13,035 bases of DNA, taken from the NCBI GenBank assembly GCA_051294375.1, contig CM119269.1:21717530-21730564 (forward strand), in the 5' to 3' direction. Made by a program: the position numbers and the translations under genes. The notes under the pieces are model-generated. The model did not search any database. It saw only the letters and a list, made by a program, of their open reading frames with translations, and was not told the origin of the DNA. Shown here in pieces: positions 1 to 9,415 of the stretch. The stretch comes from Paraspadella gotoi. Its lineage: Eukaryota > Animalia > Chaetognatha. Every line of letters starts with the position of its first letter. Within the stretch, counting starts at the first letter, position 1.

Positions 1-62
1 ACCTAAAATTCAATTTTAGTATTAAAAATATAGTTTTTTTTTTAATTTTAACTAACTTAATA

Positions 63-150
63 AAGAATTTTTTGATTTAAGACTGTTATATTTTCTTTTA
101 TCTAAATCTTTTTCTTTTATGAGGAATTCGAATCTGCTTTCAAAACTAAA
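63..150 (+). repeat. AT-rich repeat remnant related to the right arm of the 2877-3516 element
   Basis: aagaattttt...ctgt..tatattt.ctt...ttttatg....at..gaatc aligns loosely with 3236-3300. Confidence 0.35.
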
Positions 151-736
151 AAAAGCTATTTTTAAATTTTGACATGTTCTATGGTAAGTACTATGTATTA
201 ATATTGGCGTATGCGAAAATTAACAAATTTAAAATTTTTTTTTATACATCAATGTTCTTTAGTACAAGACTGTTCATGAACAACTATTCGAATTTGGATC
301 TGCAACTTTCACTACGCCTTAATGCCCAACAAGGCCACAGCAAAGAAGGAATTAATGTAATAAACGCTTAATATAACAAGTTATGAAAGCGGCACAGTGG
401 TGAGCTAAATAAATTTCATATTGTACCGATTTCATAATAGCGTGTGCGATCTACTACTAAAGAGAGTGGTCATTCTATTCCATTGATTATTATACCATTT
501 TAGATTGTGAGAGAGTCTTGAATCTAAGCTTACCGGGTCCCGCTCTGCTAAGTTACTAACATTCTGTAAAATCCACAATAGCCTCTCCTTACTCCTAAGT
601 GCAAGGAACTTGTTCATGAAATGAATAATTTTTATATTGCTTGAATATATTATATATATATAATATATATAATATATAATATTCCATGATTATATTGGTT
701 GTAATAATGTCATGGGAAAATGAAAATCCTTTATCA

Positions 737-820
737 ACCATAGCCTGTCCAAAGTCAGAGCCAGTATAGCTTATTTTTAAATGAATGAATATTTTTTATA
801 TTTTTTTGTACCAATTTCAT
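737..820 (+). repeat. Dispersed ~85-bp direct repeat, copy 1
   Basis: agcctgtccaaagtcag...atagcttattt...taaatgaatg...ttgtaccaatttcat aligns colinearly with 2439-2522. Confidence 0.9.
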
Positions 821-936
821 GCAGATGGAGATTAAATAAGAAGCATCAGTCATTGCATAAAATTGAGAAGAGCCTTTCCTCTGACCTGCCCTATTTCAAA
901 GTCTGACCCGCCTCGTCCTGATTAACTTCCTCTCAC

Positions 937-1117
937 CTTGAAGTCCCTGGAGTTCTCATCGACGACCTGTTCCGAGTCGCAGAGAAGCTTCGGTGCGAAG
1001 GAGACGTTGAGCGAAGGATATCCGCAGGACGTGACGAGATTGCGTGACATTGTCACGGATTCGGACATCAGAAGACCCAGAGAATCTGCAGTCCTGGGAT
1101 TGAGATATTGGAGGTTA
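937..1117 (-). CDS. Coding exon F (181 nt, phase 2 to 0): E-G strands of Ig2, LNVSFAP linker, start of Ig3
   Basis: Acceptor tctttttcatttattag, donor AAG|gtgaga; a GC-rich island in AT-rich flanks. 60 open codons: (S)NLQYLNPRTADSLGLLMSESVTMSRNLVTSCGYPSLNVSFAPKLLCDSEQVVDENSRDFK. L-x-V-x-F/Y-x-P is the typical inter-Ig boundary, and the phase matches exon E. Confidence 0.85.
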
Positions 1118-1397
1118 CTAATAAATGAAAAAGAATTGTTTAAATAATTCTGAAAATACTGATTTACATTTATATTACAGTATTTAATTTTTTTTTTTTT
1201 TGCAAAAAAAAACTTTTCGTTTTAAAAACAATAACACTTTTTGTCGGTTCAATTTTTAAAACACCCGTCGAAATATAATTTAACCACACTTGTACTTTTT
1301 AATATAGTAGGTCTTACAATAGTCCTTTATTATAAATTAACTGTTCTATATATATTTTTAAATACAATAAATTAGTTTGGATTTTTGCCTGGTTGTT

Positions 1398-1723
1398 AAA
1401 ACAGTAAAAATTCCAATGAGTGTTGCGCCTCAGTGACTTTCGTATCCCGTGTATTTCGGTTTATCTTCGACACAAGCTTCATTGAAATCTCATCTTTTAT
1501 TTTTGTACATAGTGTGGCGGAATATTCACACCGCCTCACGTCCACCATCGTTCAGCCAAATCCATTGGCTCAGGGCAGAAACAAAAGGTAGCGCTAGTAG
1601 TCGCTTAGATTTGAGGGTCTTAACAAACGTAAGTTTGCCAGACCGACAGACAGACATACGGACCGACCGACCTAAAGTGACTGATAGAGAAGACCCGCGA
1701 GTTCTCCCGACGCAACTGAAAAA
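1398..1723 (-). mobile_element. Short second HINE/DINE-like element of a different family
   Basis: Minus strand reads tttttcagttgcgtcgggagaactc...ttctctatcagtcactttag, then a (GTCN)n microsatellite (1641-1672). A short inverted match gttgcg lies at 1422-1427, followed ~24 nt later by a ctgtttt end, the same layout as 3869-4921. The subterminal match is only 6 bp. Confidence 0.55.
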
Positions 1724-2438
1724 TGAGATGAAATTGCGAATTTTTGCGTTGAAAGTTGACAATTTACCAGAAATCAATAATATCGACCTTTCGCGTCCCT
1801 TGTAGTCTTGAACCCAGATTTCCTGGCCATCATCGATTCGGCCAGCGGTGGCCATATTGAATTTTTATTTATCCATGATTAGAAACCTTTCATTATAATC
1901 ACACAACTTTTACTGTTAGCCTTTTGTTGTAATAGACAAAAGATCAACCTAGTAAACAGTCAGCTGATTCCTCCATTTTAATTCTATTGTTTTCTTGAAG
2001 CATCTAAAAGGAGATCAATTAATGGAACAAGCTCATTAATCATTACTATCGTTAATATGAATAACTCTTTTATTTATTGTTAATAAATTGATTAATTAAT
2101 TGTTTTATTGCATTGTTGTTTGCATATAGATATACTTATGCTATTTAGCCTATGGAATATCTATATGCTTTGATTATTTTATTAAGGTTTATTTATTAAC
2201 TAACCAAGCAAGTTGGTTATCTTCATTCTAAGTCTCGAACTTTAATTAACATCAATTGACGCCCACTAGCGCAAACGTCAGCGCCACTTCCGCTCAATTC
2301 CTGCAGACGATAGATGGCATTGCAGAAAACCGTCTTGTACTTCAATTCACGCCATCTACACCTTCACCTCCTCGTCCACTGACCTTACTTCATAATAAAC
2401 CGTCATCAGAATTATATTTGTGATGGAGGCCTTAAACC

Positions 2439-2522
2439 ACCAAAGCCTGTCCAAAGTCAGGGACAAGATAGCTTATTTATTAAATGAATGGATAATTTTT
2501 ATATTGGTTGTACCAATTTCAT
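2439..2522 (+). repeat. Dispersed ~85-bp direct repeat, copy 2
   Basis: Diverged copy of 737-820 with an identical 17-bp core, agcctgtccaaagtcag. Confidence 0.9.
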
Positions 2523-2723
2523 TTAAACATTTTATTTTTCTCACAAGACGTAAACTTTTGCCATCAAACTTTTATCAAAACTCGAATCTATATTTAAGTC
2601 AAAATCCTCAGGGAAATATCGTCGATTTTCTATCCTACTTCATTTGATCCTCCCTCCCTCCCTAATCCCTAAACACCTCTTGATCCTTACCCCCTTAAAA
2701 ATGGGGGCAGAGGACTTAATTAC

Positions 2724-2808
2724 CTCCACTCCCCCAAGTAAATTCATCCTTCATCTCCACCCCCTAAAGTAAATTCATCTCATCTCCACTCCCCCAAATT
2801 CTAATTCA
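2724..2808 (+). repeat. C-rich ~30-bp tandem repeat, about 3 copies
   Basis: ctccac(t)ccccc/aagtaaattca units start at 2724, 2755 and 2784. Confidence 0.85.
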
Positions 2809-2876
2809 GGGTTAGAGGAAAAACCCCCAACCGCCCCCCCCTTAAAAACTTCCGACCCTCACCCTTCACAATTAAT

Positions 2877-3516
2877 GGGGTAGAGGTAGGGGTAGCCGCA
2901 CTCAATGGGGTGAGTGAGTACATGCTCAAACGAAAATTTATACATTTTTAAGTATACTTTCAATGGACAAAAAATTTCTTATATGGCTCTATACCCTAGT
3001 AATTAATTTTTTAATATTTATTTATAGATAGGAAAGGTTAAAAATTTTTTTTAGAAATTTTAAATTTTAAGACTAGATTCAGATAGCTCATAAAAAGTTG
3101 TTTACACAAAGTATAATTTAATTAAAATATTTTTATGATAAGTAGGTCAAAAGTAAGAAAAACCATAAAAAATAATCATCATTATCATTTTTTGCTGATT
3201 TTTTCAGTTTTTTAAAATTTTTATTAAGAAAACGTAAGAATTTTTAAAAGCTGTAATTATATTTCTTGTTTACCTTTTTATGCTCTATCAGAATCCATTA
3301 AAAAATTTTAGGATTTAAAAAAAAATTTGCTTTATATAGTAATATAATAATTTTAATTAGGCTAGTACCCTCCGAAAAAATAATTTTTGACAAAAAATAT
3401 TTTAATACTATAATCTATGCTCATGATAGATTATTTTAACGTTGTATTCATTAGCATTTAAGTTTCATCGCTATGGCTAGTAGAGGAGTTGAAAACCCCT
3501 TAGTAACCTCTACCCC
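2877..3516. mobile_element. Decayed foldback/MITE-like inverted-repeat element
   Basis: ggggtagaggt (2877-2887) is the perfect reverse complement of acctctacccc (3506-3516). gattcagatagctcataaaaag (3076-3097) matches the reverse complement of 3274-3295 with 3 mismatches. Both pairs centre near 3185-3197. Confidence 0.5.
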
Positions 3517-3634
3517 CTTCTCTCTCTCCCGCCCAAAGTTTAAACGAGGAAACGATCGCTTCGTCAGTCGAGAAAATCTGGGGAAAGTCCCTCCCCCCAG
3601 CCGCCGATCAGAAAAATGGTTGAGGCCATGAGAC

Positions 3635-3768
3635 GGGCGGCGGTTGGTGGCGGCGGGCGGCGGCGGCGGCGGGCGGCAGCGGCTGCAGCGTTCTCGATTC
3701 CATTCATCATTTCTAACACGAAGTCGGACTTTGGCTCAAGCGACTTTCGTCGTCGTCGTCGTCGTCGT
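3635..3768 (+). repeat. Imperfect (GGC)n tract (3635-3683) and (TCG)n tract (3747-3768)
   Basis: Read directly. Confidence 0.9.
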
Positions 3769-4050
3769 TGTTCTATTCTTTGACTTTTCGCTTTCGCTCT
3801 TACTTTCACTAATATTTCCTTATCTGACGAGTGAGTGAAATCTCTTGACATCTAAACTTTGACAATAGTTTTTAGTCGGATCTGCTTTTTAGCAGATTCC
3901 GACTCTATAATTTATATTGTCGGGCATTTACTTATATCATGTCAGAACATCGAATTATGATAAATTAGGCAAAACAATGATATCCGTCTGTCTGTCTGTC
4001 TGTCTGTCCGTCCATCCGTCTCCCCTTAACAAAAATCTCCAATTACTCGT

Positions 4051-4618
4051 AATTGGATGGTTGGATTGGAATAAAATTTTGTGTTTGGTTATGAAAGTGT
4101 GTGATTAAGCGGGATATTAAGTTTCGATGAAATCGTGCGAGTGGAAATGAGTTTAAATGGAAAAAAAATAAGTCACACTTACTAAAAACTTTTTACTAAT
4201 TTTTATCCATAATTAAATTAATTAATTAATTATAACTGGATGGAAAGATTGAAATGGATTTTTGTGTGTGGGTAGGAAAGTGTGTGTCGTAGCTGGATAT
4301 AAAGTTTCGATGAAATCGTTCAAGTCGAAATGAGTTTAAATGAAAAAATAACATAATAACATTACTTATGTAAAAAGATTCAAGTAAATGTGACTTTAAT
4401 TTTAGAATTAATTGAATTATTCATAATTGGAAGGAAAGAATGAGATGAAATTCTGTGTGTGGGTGGCAAAATATGTGATTGAGCAGGATATACAGTTTCA
4501 ATGGAATCGAGGAGTGGAAATGAGTTTGCATGAAAAAAACCAAAGTCAAGTTAACTTGAATTTTTATTATTTATGCCTACTCATAAATGTTTTAATTAAT
4601 CAATTGATTAGGTAATTA
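4051..4618 (+). repeat. Three diverged ~185-190 bp central tandem repeats inside the HINE
   Basis: Units start at 4051, 4234 and 4425 and share aa(t/c)tgga.gg ... tgtgt.tgg.t ... ggatat ... agtttc.atg.aatcg ... gaaatgagttt. Confidence 0.85.
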
Positions 4619-4778
4619 AAGTGAAAAAATGATGCAAGTGAAAAAATGATGCAAGTTAAAAAAATTATGCAAGTTGAAAATAGTATGCAAGTTGAAAAAA
4701 TGATGCAAGTAAAAAAAATGATGCCAGTTAAAAAAATGATGCGAGTTAAAAAAATTATGCAAGTTAAAAAAATTATGG
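4619..4778 (+). repeat. Minisatellite, 9 x 17-18 bp (consensus aagtt(a/g)aaaaaat(g/t)atgc)
   Basis: Nine consecutive units read directly; they explain the MQVKK ORF 4646-4861. Confidence 0.92.
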
Positions 4779-5355
4779 CGCAGTCATTGGTTTGGTATGG
4801 TACGATCTGTTCTGATCGGTTAGGATCACAAATTGAAATAATTATTTTGATTTATCATTAATTACCGATTACCGCTTTATTATCGTAGGCAGATCCGACA
4901 TTGTGTGCTCTAACTTGTTTTGACATCGTTATCGGTTTTAAGTTACTGATACGGCACCGATCATTAACGAATTGGCATTTTAGTTTAAAATTCAACGGAA
5001 TTAAATGTCTAATTATTTCTACAGGGTATTTTTTATCGTGACTGATTAGTAAAAGTTATTGAAAAACGATTAAAATCGAGCATATCTGTTAATCTTGTTA
5101 AGATCTTTTAATTATACTAACTCATTATTATTTTTCGTACATTATTAAAACAGTATCGGCGAGTAAACAATTCATAAAACTTTGGATGAGCTAATAAGTG
5201 CAGAAAGATTGTTGCACTGGTTAGTGAAGTTCGAAACGTACAGCACCATTAAATATTTGAGTCAGTTACTGTTTAATTATTTGCTTCTATTTTCCTTTTT
5301 TTTATTAAACAATAATCTGAGAGATTTTAATTATTTTTTACTATGTATTAGGAAA

Positions 5356-5464
5356 ACAAGACAAGACAAGACAAGACAAGACAAGACAAGACAAGACAAG
5401 ACAAGACAAGACAAGACAAGACAAGACAAGACAAGACAAGACACAAAAAGACAAGACAAGACAA
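5356..5464 (+). repeat. (ACAAG)n pentanucleotide microsatellite
   Basis: 17 perfect units 5356-5440, then degenerate units. Confidence 0.97.
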
Positions 5465-5584
5465 ACCAAACCTTGATTTCGCCGTCATCGTTGATTCTGC
5501 GCTCGAGTTTGAAAAATCGTAACTGAGTTCACATCGAAGAGAATTTTGAAAATCGCGATAAGACGGTTCCAATGTCAGCGCACT

Positions 5585-5665
5585 GAGAGAGAGAGAGCGA
5601 CGAGGAGACAGAGAGAGAGAGAGAGAAGGGGAGGGGCATGAGAAAGACGAGAGAGAGAGAGAGAG

Positions 5666-5720
<55 letters not shown>
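5585..5720 (+). repeat. Interrupted (GA)n microsatellite
   Basis: Read directly. Confidence 0.95.
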
Positions 5721-6115
5721 TACAAGAAAAAAAAAATATCGGTTTCCGATTTAATGTTTTATTTTTTAGTTTGAATATGTTTTTTTTAACTTGAAAGGGA
5801 AAACAAAAAAAAACAGCATTTGCGAATTATCGGATATTTTTTTTCTTCTTTTTTTCTCATGCGAAACTCGTCGTCTTCTCTTATTTATAGTAGTAGTTTT
5901 GCCTATGTTTGCCTATTAGCCGATGTGGCTAATATAAAGGAATATAATGCGCAACAAATCTTTTTTGCCTTCTTGGCCAATACTAATTCTTTCTCGCCCT
6001 TTTAGCCTTAATAATATTCGCTTCGGCTCAAAGAAAAAAAAATCAATTTATATTTGGTGTAAATCTTTCATATATTTTGCTTAGTCCGGCTTCGGACTGA
6101 CTTTAATTTCGGCAA

Positions 6116-6351
6116 ACGACGACGATGACGACGACGATGATGACGACGATGACGAAATAGAAACAACGTAATGACTGGGATGTTGTCTTAAGATGACATT
6201 GACGATTACAATGACGACAACGACAATCGAAAGACGACGACAATTACTTTGTGATAGTGATAGTGATGACGACAATGCTGCATGTAACAATGACGAAGAC
6301 AATAATTTAAACAACGCAAGCGACAATCAAAACTGTAAAAACACAACGACC

Positions 6352-6390
<39 letters not shown>
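6116..6390 (+). repeat. Degenerate (GAC/GAT/AAC)n region followed by (GACA)n at 6352-6390
   Basis: Read directly. Confidence 0.9.
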
Positions 6391-6505
6391 TTTGACGGTT
6401 AAACTAAAGAGAAAAAGAGAAAAAGAGAAAAAACGACAAGATGACGATGAGACAAGGGATGAGACTGATGGCTCGCCTGATGAAACCCTTTTTTACCAGG
6501 CTCAC

Positions 6506-6595
6506 CTGATGGTTCTGTTGGCCTGATGAGTCAGCGAAGTTTTGACCTCCTCATCGTTTAATTTCCAAACGAGTTTTGGTCTTTTCCCTCCGAAA
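6506..6595 (-). CDS. Coding exon E (90 nt, phase 2 to 2): C strand with conserved Trp of Ig2
   Basis: Acceptor tttttcatattttag, donor CAG|gtgagc. Only phase 2 is open: (S)FGGKRPKLVWKLNDEEVKTSLTHQANRTI(S). The P-x-L-x-W motif lies 14 residues after the exon-B Cys, as in Ig C2/I-set domains, and an NRT sequon is present. Confidence 0.88.
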
Positions 6596-7614
6596 CTAAA
6601 ATATGAAAAAAAATATTTCATTTAAATTTAATCTAATTTTTTTCAGTCGATTATTTTCGTTTTATTTTACCATTACATAGGAAGCCGCTATAAAAAAAGA
6701 AGCCAGTGACTTTTTTCTTATATTTTTATATCGATAGATGTGGAATGATGGAATATTGTAAATCTCAAGTTTCGCTTTAATCGGACCTCACATTGTGGAG
6801 AAATCTTCGGAAACCCATCAAAATTCCACCCCTTTTTTTTCAACATTCTCGCCTTTTAAGATTTTTTGCCGATTCTGACTTCCTCTTACAAACTTATAAT
6901 TCCGATAGTTAATTTTTTTTTTTCTTAAACGAGCGAAGGGAATCTACAACTTTCTGTTATTTTATGATTTCTGGTAAAAAATATAATAAATTACATTAAC
7001 ATTAGGATATTATGAAAGTGTAATATCTTATGAAGCCTGTGAGAGTTAAATAATTAAAAAAATTGCTTATTTTATTATTGAAAAATAACATCAAAGTGAA
7101 GAAGTTGAATGGCTTCCGGCTCCTTTCAGTAAACATCCCTGTTCTCTTCAATAAGATAATGTTTATTTTTTGCTGGTGGAAAAGAAGGATAAATACTTAG
7201 GCTGTGATGGGGTAAATAATATTTTGTAGAATTTTGTAAGCATGCTTGTAAAATCAGACAAGCAAATATTTAAGTGACAAAAAATTCACATTTTCTTTAT
7301 TCAAAAAAACTTTAAAGTTTTACTAGAGTACAATTTAGCCTTTTTTCTTTCAAAATCATTAAAAAGATTAAATTTTCATTTATTCTTATGTGGTGTCATT
7401 AGTTTTAAAATTCATTACAATTCTTGACTTAGTTTGACACTCACCCTGTAAGGAGGTTTCAGCATAAGTAATTCTAAAATTGTATCTTGTATGTGCTCTA
7501 TGATTATGGCTTCATTTTGGTACTATTGCCATCCCTTTATCTTTATTCCTTCAAAAGATATTAGGAAAAATCAGTTTTTTTCTCAACCTTCCTTTTAATT
7601 TCTTTTTAAATAAA

Positions 7615-8025
7615 AATTTCGCGATTCAAAACTGGACTATTTCATTTAAACCTGATCATTTTATGTCAAAATCATTATAAAATGAAAAAATAAAAATAGG
7701 ACAAGCTCTTCAGACACAAAGCTATCAGAATCGCGAAATTCGAAGTCGATCATGTAACAGGAACATATAGCAATCCCGTTTGCAATTTTAAGTTTGTAAA
7801 CTTTCCCTTTCATTTCTATAGTAAAAATGAGTTTGAAAAATCTCTCGGAGATGAGTAGTGCATTTCCCCTGGCTTGTTTGATATTAAATCCTTTATCAAA
7901 TGCCATAAAACGAATAGGACAAGCTCTTTCAGATGTAACGCTCTCAGAGATCGTGCGTTTTTACAAGTGTTTTTTAACCGAATTTCTGGCAAACGCGTTT
8001 GCAATTTGGGTAGTCCAGATTTGAA
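7615..8025. mobile_element. Decayed repeat element with internal direct and inverted repeats (MITE-like)
   Basis: ttcaaaactggacta (7625-7639) vs tagtccagatttgaa (8011-8025), inverted, 14/15. aatttcgcgattc (7615-7627) vs gaatcgcgaaatt (7728-7740), perfect inverted. Direct repeat aataggacaagctctt...cgtttgcaattt at 7695-7788 and 7913-8007 (period ~218). Confidence 0.55.
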
Positions 8026-8520
8026 CGGAATTCTCTATTAGAAAAATGTTGAATTTTTTTTTAAGCGAGATTCTCGTCTACATTACATTCGTTTCATTTC
8101 AATCATTCTATTCATTTTATTTTTTTGATTCATTTCATTTATATTTATTTTTTTCATTTATATTCAAAAATATATGAGAACTGAGCAGCCCTGCAAAACA
8201 GTCTTTTCTTTATTTTTTCAATTCATTAAGATTTGGTTTTTTTTATCAAACGAACGATTCCGATTGAAATACAAAGGGGAGAACATTACCTACTTATGAG
8301 TACGAATAATCTTTACATTAAATCGATTGTCATTCGTTTGAGATTTTCTTATTCCCCATTCCAAAATTAATTTCATGGCAGCGACATCTTAAGTTACTCT
8401 TTTTATTCGAGTATAAAACCGCTGCTCTTTTTTTTCCCTCAGCCTCGTTTCCAGTACCGAACAGATGTTGGCTAATGGTTCCATTTCTTTGAACTGAGCC
8501 TTTAATGAGGTTATGATTGC

Positions 8521-8663
8521 CTCTCTCTCTCGCTCTCTCTTTTTCCCCTCTCCGCTCTCGCTCTCGCACTCTCTTCACGCCTCTCCTCTCTCCTCTCTCC
8601 TTCTCTCCTTCCATCCTCCTCCGCCCTCTTCTTTCTCTCTTCCGCCTCTCTCTCTTCTCCCTC
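8521..8663 (+). repeat. Degenerate (CT)n polypyrimidine tract
   Basis: Read directly. Confidence 0.92.
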
Positions 8664-9022
8664 TACCACATCTCCTCAACACAGGAGACCCCCCTACCGA
8701 AAAATATTTACAAAAAAGCCGGTAAAAAGTTATTTTCGATATGAAAATGTTATTTAAATGGTTCTCTCTTTAACTTTAGACGAATCGTAACATCTTGTAC
8801 ACTGCGTATCTCGGTAAACATTTCTCATTTCCGCCATCACATTGTCAAGTCCTCATATTCAAAATGAGTCAGATATGAATTTTATTTTCCAGTTTTTTTC
8901 TTTATTTTTTTTTTAAGAGTCGACATTAGACCCATAAAAATATTTTATCACCTCCTGAAGGAAAGAAAAAAAGAACTAATGAAGTTACCTTGGAATTTTT
9001 GATGTTTGAATGTGCCCAACTG

Positions 9023-9026
<4 letters not shown>

Positions 9027-9075
<49 letters not shown>

Positions 9076-9145
9076 TTCTCCGCCCAACTCGTTGTTGTCT
9101 CCTTCAAGCGTCATAACCCTTGTCATTCGGCTCCGGACGCCAAAC

Positions 9146-9178
<33 letters not shown>

Positions 9179-9341
9179 TAACGACGACGCCGTGACGCGT
9201 CCGAGCATAAAGAAGATAATGCACATTTTTATGTTCCTCTCAGCCGTCGTCGTCGTCGTCGTCGACGTCGTCATCGTTCTCGGGTTGTGACAAACGCCGA
9301 ATAAATTTGGGATGTTTTGGTAGAAGGATTTATGGGTTGGT

Positions 9342-9412
<71 letters not shown>
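9027..9412. repeat. Compound microsatellite block (TC)22 - (CGA)n - (TCG)n - (GA)32 arranged as an inverted repeat
   Basis: (TC)n 9027-9070, (CGA)n 9149-9189, (CGT)n 9245-9277, (GA)n 9349-9412. Confidence 0.92.

Positions 9413-9415
<3 letters not shown>

Larger units (their letters stand above)
3869..4921 (+). mobile_element. DINE-1/HINE-like non-autonomous Helentron
   Basis: 5' T-run; subterminal repeat gtcggatctgc (3875-3885) with adjacent partial inverted copy gcagattccgact (3892-3904); (GTCY)n microsatellite 3983-4020; central tandem repeats; perfect 11-bp inverted subterminal repeat gcagatccgac (4889-4899); cttgtttt end. This order matches the described DINE-1/HINE architecture, although the 3' hairpin is not clearly seen. 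Confidence 0.85.

Noticed and set aside
700-1179. Solo-LTR hypothesis (tgtaata...tattaca termini, AATAAA, palindrome 1043-1057)
   Set aside because: No target-site duplication; the GC-rich core is coding exon F and the AATAAA is the complement of its acceptor tract.
2311-2358. Inverted tagatggc/gccatcta pair resembling CTCF motifs
   Set aside because: Partial 8-bp matches only, common in TE remnants; no supporting context.
3824-3855. ctgacga-gtgagt-gaaa as a minimal hammerhead
   Set aside because: Stem II is a single G-U pair, and no stem III ending in UH or stem I partner could be formed.
4619-4778. Regular short repeats as a CRISPR array or repeat protein
   Set aside because: No spacers, eukaryotic context, and the repeats lie inside a HINE.
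6465-6560. CTGATGA motifs suggesting a hammerhead ribozyme, and an NF-E2/AP-1-like atgagtcagcg
   Set aside because: No GAAA follows a stem II and no stem III/UH is present; the motifs are explained by exon E codons and its duplicated donor on the minus strand.
5020-7450. tacagggt (5020) and caccctgta (7442-7450) as Tc1/mariner-type TIR pair
   Set aside because: Only 8 bp match, and the interval contains a host exon; at most two unrelated TIR remnants.
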